From the IMG/VR virus record IMGVR_UViG_2582580934_000010: DNA of 15,672 nucleotides. The stretch is one strand, 5' to 3'. Of this stretch, positions 1 through 11,251 are shown in pieces. This DNA comes from a virus. Taxonomy: Duplodnaviria; Heunggongvirae; Uroviricota; Caudoviricetes. Both the position numbers and the translations under genes were made by a program. The notes below the pieces were generated by a model, which had not been told where the DNA came from, did not search any database, and was given only the letters and a program-made list of their open reading frames with translations. Position 1 is the stretch's first letter. Every line of letters starts with the position of its first letter.

Positions 1-22
1 TTTCAAAATATTCCGCTATTTG

Positions 23-54
23 CTCCCAATGCAAAACATATATTGCATTGGGAG
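23..54 (+). terminator. Perfect 12-bp-stem hairpin (CTCCCAATGCAA / TTGCATTGGGAG, 8-nt loop) followed by a T-rich run; candidate rho-independent terminator for a gene left of the window
   Basis: Inverted repeat read directly from the sequence; T-rich tract (CATATTTTTGTT) lies about 8 nt downstream. Confidence 0.3.
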
Positions 55-183
55 CATATTCATATTTTTGTTATTATTGTATGAAATCGTCTCATGTACA
101 CGGTCCTTTTTTCGCCGAAAACTGATATTACTTTAATCAAAAGTTGACGTGCCAGATTCGAAGTAAATTTATAAAATATCAAA

Positions 184-489
184 TCAATATACATTTTGCA
201 CCTTCGAGATAGTAATAACTGTTACTGTAACATGAGTTACAAACAGCTTCATACCCAGAGCTACTGATGTATCAACTCGATTCAACAATACCCGATATTT
301 ATTCCATGCCTCCAGCAACGATCTTTCTTCCTCCGTTGCGATTTCCAGATCTACAGCATCCTGCAGTGGCGCAATATACTCACTGAATTCCTGGATGTAG
401 AACTGTGTGGTGACGGTCTTCCAGCCATTCGGCTCCTGTTGTATCGAAGCATACCAGGCTATTTCAATATCGCTATGCTGCGGCAGCAT
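184..489 (-). pseudogene. tfaX: Tail fibre assembly protein remnant (tfaX-like); only the central ~40 aa match the Tfa C-terminal domain
   Basis: Residues [38 protein letters not shown] match the lambda Tfa C-terminal region and the paralogue at 1269..1691; the flanking N- and C-terminal residues are unrelated. ATG start at 487-489. Confidence 0.6.
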
Positions 490-545
490 TTAACCCCTTG
501 TAATTCATCGCCATAATTGATTTAATTCACAAATAAAACTATAAC

Positions 546-1214
546 ATGGTGAAATTAATGAAAAAAAACACAGATGATGGGGCTAAAATTTACACACCAC
601 TTACCCTAAAGCTTTATGACTGGTGGGTTTTGGGAGTATCAAATCGGCTTGCATGGGGATGTCCTACAAAGGAACACCTTCTTCCACACTTTCTGGAACA
701 TTTAGGTAACAACCATCTGGATATTGGTGTTGGAACTGGGTTTTACCTTACTCACGTACCTGAGAGTAGTCTGATATCTTTAATGGATTTGAACGAAGCT
801 AGCCTGAACGCGGCATCTACAAGGGCTGGGGAATCAAAAATTAAACATAAAATTAGCCATGATGTTTTTGAACCTTATCCCGCGGCGTTACATGGTCAAT
901 TTGATTCCATTTCCATGTTTTACCTTCTTCACTGCCTGCCTGGAAATATATCTACAAAAAGCTGTGTAATACGCAATGCGGCGCAGGCCTTAACTGACGA
1001 TGGAACTCTATACGGAGCCACAATTCTTGGCGATGGAGTTGTGCACAATAGCTTCGGTCAAAAACTGATGCGCATTTACAATCAGAAAGGCATCTTTTCA
1101 AACACAAAAGATTCCGAAGAAGGCTTAACACATATACTCTCAGAGCATTTCGAGAATGTTAAAACCAAGGTTCAAGGTACTGTAGTAATGTTTTCCGCTT
1201 CAGGGAAAAAATAG
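546..1214 (+). CDS. ybcY: Class I SAM-dependent methyltransferase (YbcY-like moron between the tfa remnants)
   Basis: 222-aa ORF with ATG start and a glycine-rich SAM-binding motif I (LDIGVGTGFY). Position between tfaD and tfaX matches the K-12 DLP12 arrangement as I recall it. No DNA-methyltransferase DPPY/NPPY motif seen. Confidence 0.7.
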   Translation: MVKLMKKNTDDGAKIYTPLTLKLYDWWVLGVSNRLAWGCPTKEHLLPHFLEHLGNNHLDIGVGTGFYLTHVPESSLISLMDLNEASLNAASTRAGESKIKHKISHDVFEPYPAALHGQFDSISMFYLLHCLPGNISTKSCVIRNAAQALTDDGTLYGATILGDGVVHNSFGQKLMRIYNQKGIFSNTKDSEEGLTHILSEHFENVKTKVQGTVVMFSASGKK

Positions 1215-1268
1215 CATCCAACCGCAGCACGTTCTTGCTTAAGACGTGCTGCGGCATAATCCCAATGA

Positions 1269-1691
1269 TTACTCCCTGACAGGGTTCGTAGGCCACTCAA
1301 TATCAGGTGCAGTTGATGTATCAACACGGTTCAGCAACACCCGATACTTTTTCCAGGCTTCCAGCAACAAGGTTTCTTCCTCCGTTGCGATCTCCAGATC
1401 CACAGCATCCTGAAGCGGCGCTATATGCTCACTGGCTACCTGCATCAGGCTGTTTTTTGTTTCTTCCGCCTCACGGATCCGGAACAGTTTTTCTGCTTCC
1501 GTATCCTTCACCCAAGCTGTGCCGTTCCACTTCTGAAACTCCCCTTCCGGGGATAACCAGGTGACATTTTCCGGTAATGAGCCGAGTTCAGAAATAAATA
1601 ACGCGTCGCCGGAAGCCACGTCATAAACCGTTTTACCCCGATGATCTTCAACGAGATGCCACGATGCCTCATCACTGTTGAAAACAGCCAC
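1269..1691 (-). pseudogene. tfaD: Tail fibre assembly protein Tfa, 5'-truncated (tfaD-like); the only in-frame start is a GTG that corresponds to an internal Val of lambda Tfa
   Basis: The 140 aa align with lambda Tfa from ...[18 protein letters not shown] to the C-terminus. Manual translation upstream continues in frame as [37 protein letters not shown] (Tfa-like) and then hits a stop at 1884-1886 without any ATG. Confidence 0.8.
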
Positions 1692-1896
1692 AAAGCCAGC
1701 AGGAATATCTGGTGGTGCAATATCGGTACTGTTTGCTGGCAGACCTGTATGAGGCGGAATATATGCATCACCTTCACCAATAAATTCATTAGTTCCGGCC
1801 AGGCACCAATATTTTTCGTAAAGGTGTCTTTGCCAGGGATATCCGCACCGTTCTGATCTTTCTGCAGACGTTTCTCGGCATTGTCATAGGCTGTTT

Positions 1897-4355
<2,459 letters not shown>

Positions 4356-4381
<26 letters not shown>

Positions 4382-4901
4382 TCAGCAACCCCGGTATCAG
4401 TTCATCCAGCGCGGCTGCTTTGTTCATGGCTTTGATGATATCCCGTTTCAGGAAATCAACATGTCGGTTTTCCAGTTCCGGAAAACGCCGCTGCACCGAC
4501 AGGGGGATCCCGTCGAGAATACTGGCAATTTCACCTGCGATCCGCGACAGCACGAAAGTACAGAATGCGGTTTCCACCACTTCAGCGGAGTCTCTGGCAT
4601 TTTTCAGCTCCTGTGCGTCGGCCTGCGCACGCGTAAGTCGATGGCGTTCGTACTCAATAGTCCCTGGCTGGAGATCTGTCTCGCTGGCCTGTCGCAGTTC
4701 TTCAACCTCCCGGCGCAGCTTTTCGTTCTCAATTTCAGCATCCCTTTCGGCATACCATTTTATGACGGCGGCAGAGTCATAAAGCACCTCATTACCCTTC
4801 CCACCGCCTCGCAGAACGGGCATTCCCTGCTCCTGCCAGTTCTGAATGGTACGGATACTCGCGCCGAAAATTTCAGCCAGCTGCTTTTTGTTGACTTCCA
4901 T
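4356..4901 (-). CDS. nohD: Terminase small subunit Nu1
   Basis: 181 aa MEVNKKQLAEIFGASIRTIQNWQEQGMPVLRGGGKGNEVLYD..., lambda Nu1-like with the N-terminal winged-HTH that binds cosB. Confidence 0.95.
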
Positions 4902-5090
4902 TGTTCATTCCACGGACAAAAACAGAGAAAGGAAACGACAGTGGCCAAAAAGCCCGTTTTCAGCACCTGTCGTTTCCTTTCTTTTCAGAGGGTATTTTAA
5001 ATAAAAACATTAAGTTATGACGAAGAAGAACGGAAACGCCTTAAACCGGAAAATTTTCATAAATAGCGAAAACCCGCGAGGTCGCCGCCC
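4902..5090 (-). promoter_or_regulatory. cos: cos site: cosB (Nu1/IHF-binding region) at 4902-5078 and cosN 12-nt cohesive-end sequence at 5079-5090
   Basis: Plus strand 5079-5090 is AGGTCGCCGCCC, the reverse complement of the lambda cohesive end GGGCGGCGACCT. The reverse complement of 4902-5090 reads like the lambda left end (GGGCGGCGACCTCGCGGGTTTTCGCTATTTATGAAAATTTTCCGG...), ending at the Nu1 ATG. Confidence 0.85.
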
Positions 5091-5289
5091 CGTAACCTGT
5101 CGGATCGCCGGAAAGGACCCGCAAAATGATAATAATTATCATCTACATGTCACAACGTGCATCTACGCCATCAAACCACGTCAAATAATCAATTATGACG
5201 CAGGTATCGTATTAATTGATCCGCATCAACTTAACGTAAAAACAACTTCAGACAATACAAATCAGCGACACTGAATACGGGGCAACCTC

Positions 5290-5484
5290 ATGTCAACGAA
5301 GAACAGAACCCGCAGAACAACAACCCGCAACATCCGCTTTCCTAACCAAATGATTGAACAAATTAACATCGCTCTTGATCAAAAAGGGTCCGGGAATTTC
5401 TCAGCCTGGGTCATTGAAGCCTGCCGTCGGAGGCTAACGTCAGAAAAGAGAGCATATACATCAATTAAAAGTGATGAAGAATGA
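5290..5484 (+). CDS. ylcI: Small ribbon-helix-helix-like protein (YlcI-like, DUF3950)
   Basis: 64 aa with ATG start; motif IRFPNQMIEQINIALDQKGSGNFSAWVIEACRRRL resembles RHH (CopG/Arc-type) DNA-binding folds; located between cos and bor as in DLP12. Confidence 0.55.
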   Translation: MSTKNRTRRTTTRNIRFPNQMIEQINIALDQKGSGNFSAWVIEACRRRLTSEKRAYTSIKSDEE

Positions 5485-5648
5485 ACATCCCGCGTTCTTC
5501 CCTCCGAACAGGACGATATTGTAAATTCACTTAATTACGAGGGCATTGCAGTAATTGAGTTGCAGTTTTACCACTTTCCTGACAGTGACAGACTGCGTGT
5601 TGGCTCTGTCACAGGTTAAGTAGTTTGAATGATTAGCAGTTATGGTGA

Positions 5649-5855
5649 TCAGTCAACCACCAGGGAATAATCCTTCATATTATTATCGTGCTTCACCAAC
5701 GCTGCCTCAATTGCCCTGAATGCTTCCAGAGACACCTTATGTTCTATACATGCAATTACAACATCAGGGTAACTCATAGAAATGGTGCTATTAAGCATAT
5801 TTTTTACACGAATCAGATCCACGGAGGGATCATCAGCAGATTGTTCTTTATTCAT
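5649..5855 (-). CDS. ybcW: Uncharacterised 68-aa protein (YbcW-like)
   Basis: ATG start preceded by a GGAG Shine-Dalgarno; length and position match DLP12 ybcW as recalled; convergent with ylcI. Confidence 0.5.
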
Positions 5856-6140
5856 TTTGTCGCTCCATGCGCTTGCTCTTCATCTAGCGGTTAAAATATT
5901 ACTTCAAATCTTTCTGTATGAAGATTTGAGCACGTTGGCCTTACATACATCTGTCGGTTGTATTTCCCTCCAGAATGCCAGCAGGACCGCACTTTGTTAC
6001 ACAACCAATACTATTAATTGAAAACATTCCTAATATTTGACATAAATCATCAACAAAACACAAAGAGGTCAGACCAGATTGAAACGATAAAAACGATAAT
6101 GCAAACTACGCGCCCTCGTATCACATGGAAGGTTTTACCA

Positions 6141-6551
6141 ATGGCTCAGGTTGCCATTTTTAAAGAAATATTCGATCAAGTGCGAAAAGATTTAAACTGT
6201 GAATTGTTTTATTCTGAACTAAAACGTCACAATGTCTCACATTATATTTACTATCTAGCCACAGATAATATTCACATTGTGTTAGAAAACGATAACACTG
6301 TGTTAATAAAAGGACTTAAAAAGGTTGTAAATGTTAAATTCTCAAGAAATACGCATCTTATAGAAACGTCCTTTGATAGGTTGAAATCAAGAGAAATCAC
6401 ATTTCAGCAATACAGGGAAAATCTTGCTAAAGCAGGAGTTTTCCGATGGGTTACAAATATCCACGAACATAAAAGATATTACTATACCTTTGATAATTCA
6501 TTACTATTTACTGAGAGCATTCAGAACACTACACAAATCTTTCCACGCTAA
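6141..6551 (+). CDS. ybcV: DUF1398-family protein (YbcV-like), 136 aa
   Basis: The track ORF 6018..6551 starts at a TTG. I chose the internal ATG at 6141, which has a GGAAGG Shine-Dalgarno 8 nt upstream and gives 136 aa, the length I recall for K-12 YbcV. A TTGACA -35-like hexamer lies at 6036-6041. Confidence 0.55.
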   Translation: MAQVAIFKEIFDQVRKDLNCELFYSELKRHNVSHYIYYLATDNIHIVLENDNTVLIKGLKKVVNVKFSRNTHLIETSFDRLKSREITFQQYRENLAKAGVFRWVTNIHEHKRYYYTFDNSLLFTESIQNTTQIFPR

Positions 6552-6841
6552 ATCATAACGTCCGGTTTCTTCCGTGTCAGCACCGGGGCGTTGGCATAAT
6601 GCAATACGTGTACGCGCTAAACCCTGTGTGCATCGTTTTTAATTATTCCCGGACACTCCCGCAGAGAAGTTCCCCGTCAGGGCTGTGGACATAGTTAATC
6701 CGGGAATACAATGACGATTCATCGCACCTGACATACATTAATAAATATTAACAATATGAAATTTCAACTCATTGTTTAGGGTTTGTTTAATTTTCTACAC
6801 ATACGATTCTGCGAACTTCAAAAAGCATCGGGAATAACACC

Positions 6842-7135
6842 ATGAAAAAAATGCTACTCGCTACTGCGCTGGCCCTGCTTATTACAGGATGTGCTCAACA
6901 GACGTTTACTGTTCAAAACAAACAGACAGCAGTAGCACCAAAGGAAACCATCACCCATCATTTCTTCGTTTCTGGAATTGGGCAGAAGAAAACTGTCGAT
7001 GCAGCCAAAATTTGTGGCGGCGCAGAAAATGTTGTTAAAACAGAAACCCAGCAAACATTCGTAAATGGATTGCTCGGTTTTATTACTTTAGGCATTTATA
7101 CTCCGCTGGAAGCGCGTGTGTATTGCTCAAAATAA
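6842..7135 (+). CDS. borD: Bor lipoprotein (serum-resistance outer-membrane lipoprotein), 97 aa
   Basis: MKKMLLATALALLITGCAQQ... carries a lipobox (LITGC) and is near-identical to lambda Bor as recalled; on the opposite strand to the lysis genes, as in lambda. Confidence 0.9.
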   Translation: MKKMLLATALALLITGCAQQTFTVQNKQTAVAPKETITHHFFVSGIGQKKTVDAAKICGGAENVVKTETQQTFVNGLLGFITLGIYTPLEARVYCSK

Positions 7136-7166
7136 TTGCATGAGTTGCCCATCGATATGGTCAGCT

Positions 7167-7628
7167 CTATCTGCACTGCTCATTAATATACTTCTGGGTT
7201 CCTTCCAGTTGTTTTTGCATAGTGATCAGCCTCTCTCTGAGGGTGAAATAATCCCGTTCAGCGGTGTCTGCCAGTCGGGGGGAGGCTGCATTATCCACGC
7301 CGGAGGCCGTGGTGGCTTCACGCACTGACTGACAGACTGCTTTGATGTGCAACCGACGACGACCAGCGGCAACATCATCACGCAGAGCATCATTTTCAGC
7401 TTTCGCATCAGCTAACTCCTTCGTGTATTTTGCATCGAGCGCAGCAACATCACGCTGACGCATCTGCATGTCAGTAATTGCCGCGTTCGCTAGCTTCAGT
7501 TCTCTGGCATTTTTGTCGCGCTGGGCTTTGTAGGCGATTGCGTTATCACGGTAATGATTGACCGCCCATGACAGGCTGACGATGATGCAGATAATCAGAG
7601 CGGATATAATCGCGGTTACTCTGCTCAC
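7167..7628 (-). CDS. rzpD: Spanin inner-membrane subunit Rz (i-spanin)
   Basis: Matches lambda Rz ([10 protein letters not shown]...KYINEQCR). The likely start is the GTG at 7626-7628, which corresponds to the Met of lambda Rz and overlaps the R stop; the track's upstream GTG at 7640 is the alternative. Confidence 0.8.
7226..7408 (-). CDS. rzoD: Spanin outer-membrane lipoprotein Rz1 (o-spanin), embedded in the +1 frame of Rz
   Basis: 60 aa [24 protein letters not shown]... with a lipobox (VVGC) and a proline-rich C-terminus; the embedded architecture is as in lambda Rz/Rz1. Confidence 0.8.
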   Translation of the reverse strand: MRKLKMMLCVMMLPLVVVGCTSKQSVSQCVKPPRPPAWIMQPPPDWQTPLNGIISPSERG

Positions 7629-8122
7629 TGTTGCCCCCACAAACAGACTTCACGCTCAATCTCACGACGAGTCATCAGGCCTTTCCATTGCTTACCGCCA
7701 GCGTATGTCCAGCGACGCAGCTGATCACATGCGCCTTTGATATCGCCCTGGTTTATTTTGCGAAGAAGCGTCGATGTTCTGAAATTGCCAGCACCCACGT
7801 TGTAAACGAATGAGTAAAGAGCGCCGCGCGTTGTTTCCGGTATATCGACTTTGATATACGGGTTAATTTGTCTGGCGACAGTGGCAAGGTCTTTATTCAA
7901 GAGTGCTTTGCATTCTGCTTTGGTATACGTTTTACCGAGCATGATGTCTTTTCCGGTGTGTCCGTGACATACAGTCCATACACCAACAATATCTTTGTAT
8001 GGTATGTAGCTGACACCTTCCAGACCATCGTTACCACTTGGGCCAGTGATTAACACTGATGCTATAGCAATTGCTCCGCCACCAATAGCAGCAGCAACGG
8101 CTTTTCGTAATGATGGAGGCAT
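7625..8122 (-). CDS. rrrD: SAR endolysin (phage 21 R / P1 Lyz type lysozyme)
   Basis: 165 aa; N-terminal Gly/Ala-rich signal-anchor-release segment ([20 protein letters not shown]) followed by an E-x8-D-x5-T catalytic triad ([16 protein letters not shown]); ATG start. Confidence 0.85.
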
Positions 8123-8337
8123 TATTCACCTCTCGCAGCCTTGCGCTTATCTTCTTTAATCTTGAAATAAAGGTTTGTCAGGTACGTCAGCAGGCCAAAT
8201 ACCAGGCTACCCAGCACACCTATTGCTGCCCACTGTGAGGGAGTGACTTTATCGAGCAGCTGTAAAAACCAGTAACCGGCACTACCTGCTGAGGTGCCAT
8301 AGGCGACTCCAGTTGTTAACTTATCCATGAATTTCAT
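8122..8337 (-). CDS. essD: Pinholin (S21-type holin/antiholin with dual start MKFM)
   Basis: The track ORF starts at a TTG at 8382. I chose the ATG at 8335-8337, which has a GAGGTGG Shine-Dalgarno 3 nt upstream and gives the 71-aa protein [14 protein letters not shown]...[11 protein letters not shown] with two transmembrane segments and a Met1/Met4 dual start. Confidence 0.85.
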
Positions 8338-8925
8338 AACCCCACCTCGCAGACAAAGCGGGTGTAAATTGAGGGAATACAACGTATCGCAAAAAAGCAG
8401 AAACGTAACTGACTCCGAGTCAGTGAATAACTCAGGTATTGAGTTATCAGCTAATATCGAGACTCAAAAAATGGAAAAACCAGCTCGACGGCGGGTTTAA
8501 GCTGTGTGACGAAGTAACCACTCTTAACAGCATAACCAATTTTTTACGTACGTAAACCACTGAATGATATTTATGAGAATGCTACCGAGTGTTCAAAACA
8601 TCACCACAAATACATAAGAAAACCTCAACAAATAACCAATAAATAATTTCCAGTGTTATTTTTAGCCGGTTTAAATTAAACAGACGAATTATAGAACCAC
8701 CATAAATAACAGCCATTAATATAAATTAGCTAATAGATTTATTTTTGTTCAAATAAGAGCCATAAATAGGTTTCGATAGAAAAAGTTCAGATAAAAATAG
8801 AGATCTACTTCACAAATTAAATGAGAAACTAAAACTTACATCTTGAAATAATCACATTGATTAGATGAATATTTATCGCGCAGTGACATCATTTTTTAAT
8901 AATAGTTCAAAAAAAAGGGCTCACG

Positions 8926-10023
8926 ATGAAAAAATTAACAGTGGCAATTTCTGCTGTAGCTGCATCAGTACTGATGGCGATGTCTGCTCAGGCAGCTGAA
9001 ATTTATAATAAAGACAGTAACAAGCTGGATCTGTACGGGAAAGTTAATGCCAAGCACTACTTTTCCTCTAACGATGCAGATGATGGTGATACTACTTATG
9101 TTCGTCTGGGCTTCAAAGGCGAAACCCAAATCAACGATCAGCTGACTGGTTTCGGTCAGTGGGAATATGAATTCAAAGGCAACCGCGCTGAATCTCAAGG
9201 TTCCTCCAAAGACAAAACCCGTCTTGCATTTGCAGGCCTGAAATTCGGTGACTACGGCTCAATCGATTACGGCCGTAACTACGGTGTAGCATACGACATC
9301 GGTGCGTGGACTGACGTTCTGCCAGAATTCGGTGGCGATACCTGGACCCAAACAGATGTGTTCATGACTGGTCGCACCACTGGTGTTGCAACCTATCGTA
9401 ACAACGACTTCTTTGGTCTGGTTGATGGTCTGAACTTTGCTGCTCAGTACCAAGGCAAAAACGATCGTAGCGATTTCGATAACTACACCGAAGGTAACGG
9501 TGATGGCTTCGGTTTCTCTGCTACCTATGAATACGAAGGATTCGGTATCGGTGCAACTTATGCGAAATCTGATCGTACCGACACTCAAGTTAATGCAGGG
9601 AAAGTTCTTCCTGAAGTATTTGCTTCCGGTAAAAATGCAGAAGTTTGGGCCGCAGGTCTGAAATATGACGCTAACAACATTTACCTGGCCACTACCTATT
9701 CTGAAACCCAGAATATGACTGTATTTGCTGATCACTTCGTTGCTAATAAAGCTCAAAACTTCGAAGCTGTTGCACAATATCAGTTCGATTTCGGTCTGCG
9801 TCCGTCCGTTGCTTACCTGCAATCTAAAGGTAAGGATCTTGGAGTATGGGGCGATCAGGACTTAGTCAAATATGTTGATGTAGGTGCAACCTATTACTTC
9901 AACAAAAATATGTCTACTTTCGTTGATTACAAAATCAACCTGCTTGACAAAAATGACTTCACTAAAGCACTCGGTGTAAGCACTGATGACATCGTTGCTG
10001 TAGGTCTGGTTTACCAGTTCTAA
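8926..10023 (+). CDS. nmpC: Outer-membrane general porin, NmpC/OmpD/OmpC family (intact, 365 aa with signal peptide)
   Basis: Signal peptide [23 protein letters not shown] followed by AEIYNKD; typical porin motifs and the C-terminal aromatic residue (...VGLVYQF); lies between Q and the lysis cassette on the opposite strand. Confidence 0.9.
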   Translation: MKKLTVAISAVAASVLMAMSAQAAEIYNKDSNKLDLYGKVNAKHYFSSNDADDGDTTYVRLGFKGETQINDQLTGFGQWEYEFKGNRAESQGSSKDKTRLAFAGLKFGDYGSIDYGRNYGVAYDIGAWTDVLPEFGGDTWTQTDVFMTGRTTGVATYRNNDFFGLVDGLNFAAQYQGKNDRSDFDNYTEGNGDGFGFSATYEYEGFGIGATYAKSDRTDTQVNAGKVLPEVFASGKNAEVWAAGLKYDANNIYLATTYSETQNMTVFADHFVANKAQNFEAVAQYQFDFGLRPSVAYLQSKGKDLGVWGDQDLVKYVDVGATYYFNKNMSTFVDYKINLLDKNDFTKALGVSTDDIVAVGLVYQF

Positions 10024-10039
10024 TCTGATTACGAAAAAG

Positions 10040-10073
10040 ATATGTTGCGGGAGGCGTTGCCTCCCCAACATAT
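10040..10073 (-). terminator. Strong hairpin (15-bp stem with one bulge, GTT loop) followed on the minus strand by CTTTTT; candidate tR'-like terminator of the late leader transcript
   Basis: ATATGTTG(C)GGGAGGC-GTT-GCCTCCC-CAACATAT read from the sequence. The U-tract follows only on the minus strand. Confidence 0.4.
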
Positions 10074-10161
10074 AAGTGGCTCCCTCAAGCCACTTCCTTT
10101 AGGAGCACAACCTTGCTTCTAACTATATAAACCTTCTGTTATATATTACCCTTTATTTTTG

Positions 10162-10190
10162 GGGGCGTTGCAACGCCCCATTTTTAATAA
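10162..10190 (+). terminator. Perfect 18-nt palindrome GGGGCGTTGCAACGCCCC followed by ATTTTTAATAA; candidate rho-independent terminator of the porin gene
   Basis: GC-rich stem plus T-tract on the plus strand, 140 nt after the porin stop codon. Confidence 0.45.
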
Positions 10191-10212
10191 CTTTCAGTAA
10201 ACAATTGGCATA

Positions 10213-10596
10213 TTAATTAGAGTTATTAACAACGATATCCATCTCTAACCGGATATCTAATGCCATTAACATCCCTTCAATTATGCCCTCAGCCTTCTGT
10301 AACCTTTTCCCGATATAACCATCAGAGCAGCAATGCTTACCTGCCAGTGACATGAATGTCATACCGACTACATAATAATCTACTAATAAATCGTGCAAAT
10401 CGCTGTTGTTCTTTTTCAGACGGGCCATGCACCCGCAAATGATCATCGCGTCATCGTCACAACATTGCGGGCGAGATTTTACTTTTGAAGGAATTAATCC
10501 CTTAAAACCGGCGGCAATGGACGACCAGGTCACATCTTCATGATTATTAGCCGCCCACGCTCCCCAACGTTCAAGAACCATCTGAATATCACGCAT
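10213..10596 (-). CDS. quuD: Late-gene antiterminator Q (phage 21/82-type, QuuD-like), 127 aa
   Basis: The track ORF starts at a TTG at 10611; the ATG at 10594-10596 gives 127 aa [22 protein letters not shown]... with Cys-rich segments ([19 protein letters not shown]). Positioned upstream of the lysis cassette on the same strand. Confidence 0.8.
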   Translation of the reverse strand: MRDIQMVLERWGAWAANNHEDVTWSSIAAGFKGLIPSKVKSRPQCCDDDAMIICGCMARLKKNNSDLHDLLVDYYVVGMTFMSLAGKHCCSDGYIGKRLQKAEGIIEGMLMALDIRLEMDIVVNNSN

Positions 10597-10721
10597 TAAC
10601 TTTCTCCACAAAATCAGGCCAGCACACCAATCGCCAGTGCGCGATCGATAAAACGAAATATCAGCTCCAGCTGGGAGCCATACTTCTCTTCAAATGCCAC
10701 GGTATCCACAACAGTAGTAAT

Positions 10722-11213
10722 CTACAGATTGCCGTTAAGTTTTCTGGACAACTCCTCAATGGATGGAGGCGATACGTAATCCGGATTTTTATTCATCAGA
10801 AACTTATTTTCACAGTGGAGGCACCTGCTTTTATGAAAAAGCTCATCTTCGCTAACCGGGAATGGTTGAAGTATCGATACTATCTTTTGTCCAAAACATT
10901 TTGGGCAAAGATGCATGGTTATGCTGCCACCGTTCACGATTACCTCCTTCGAGTATACAAAAGTACCCGACTCAAGTTGGTTAAGGATATAGCCTTCCGT
11001 CTGAGCCTCAAAGTTTTCGAATTCTGCAATTTTAGCTTTGAGAGAAGCATTTATTTCTTGATAAGAGCCCACCAGTTCAACGAGAGACACGCATTCGCGC
11101 TGAATAGACGCAAGCTTTGAGTTCAGCTCACCAATAGCCGCATTTACTTCAGCTTGAGTTTTTGCCTCGTTCATTAGTTTTGCAATCTGGGCTGTTTCAC
11201 GAATAGCCGTCAT
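10722..11213 (-). CDS. Hypothetical protein: N-terminal coiled-coil (~70 aa) plus C-terminal CxxC-x21-CxxC zinc-ribbon-like domain; no family recognised
   Basis: The track ORF (259 aa) begins in low-complexity sequence that reads through the upstream repeats. The plausible start is the ATG at 11211-11213 (163 aa, weak Shine-Dalgarno) or the GTG at 11235-11237 (171 aa, AAGAG 8 nt upstream). Heptad-like N-terminus (AQIAKLMNEAKTQAEVNAAIGELNSKLASIQRE...), then HLCPKCFGQKIV...SRCLHCENKF. Confidence 0.5.
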   Translation of the reverse strand: MTAIRETAQIAKLMNEAKTQAEVNAAIGELNSKLASIQRECVSLVELVGSYQEINASLKAKIAEFENFEAQTEGYILNQLESGTFVYSKEVIVNGGSITMHLCPKCFGQKIVSILQPFPVSEDELFHKSRCLHCENKFLMNKNPDYVSPPSIEELSRKLNGNL

Positions 11214-11251
11214 TGCTGCCGTTAATTCAGCGATCACATTGAATACTCTTA

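Noticed and set aside
546-1214. Restriction-modification DNA methyltransferase
   Set aside because: Only a generic class I SAM-binding motif is visible; there is no DPPY/NPPY catalytic motif and no adjacent restriction endonuclease or specificity gene.
1307-1856. ORFs at 1307..1564 (+), 1508..1789 (-) and 1641..1856 (+)
   Set aside because: They overlap the tfa remnant in other frames or strands and have Pro/Leu/Arg-rich, non-protein-like compositions.
4461-5274. ORFs at 4420..4782, 4461..5000, 4760..4966 and 5017..5274
   Set aside because: They overlap Nu1 or run across the cos site; the region is accounted for by Nu1 and the cos elements.
9259-9822. 187-aa minus-strand ORF, plus ORFs at 8965..9198, 9437..9661 and 9862..10071
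   Set aside because: Antisense or out-of-frame overlaps of the well-supported porin gene; no ribosome-binding sites and odd composition.
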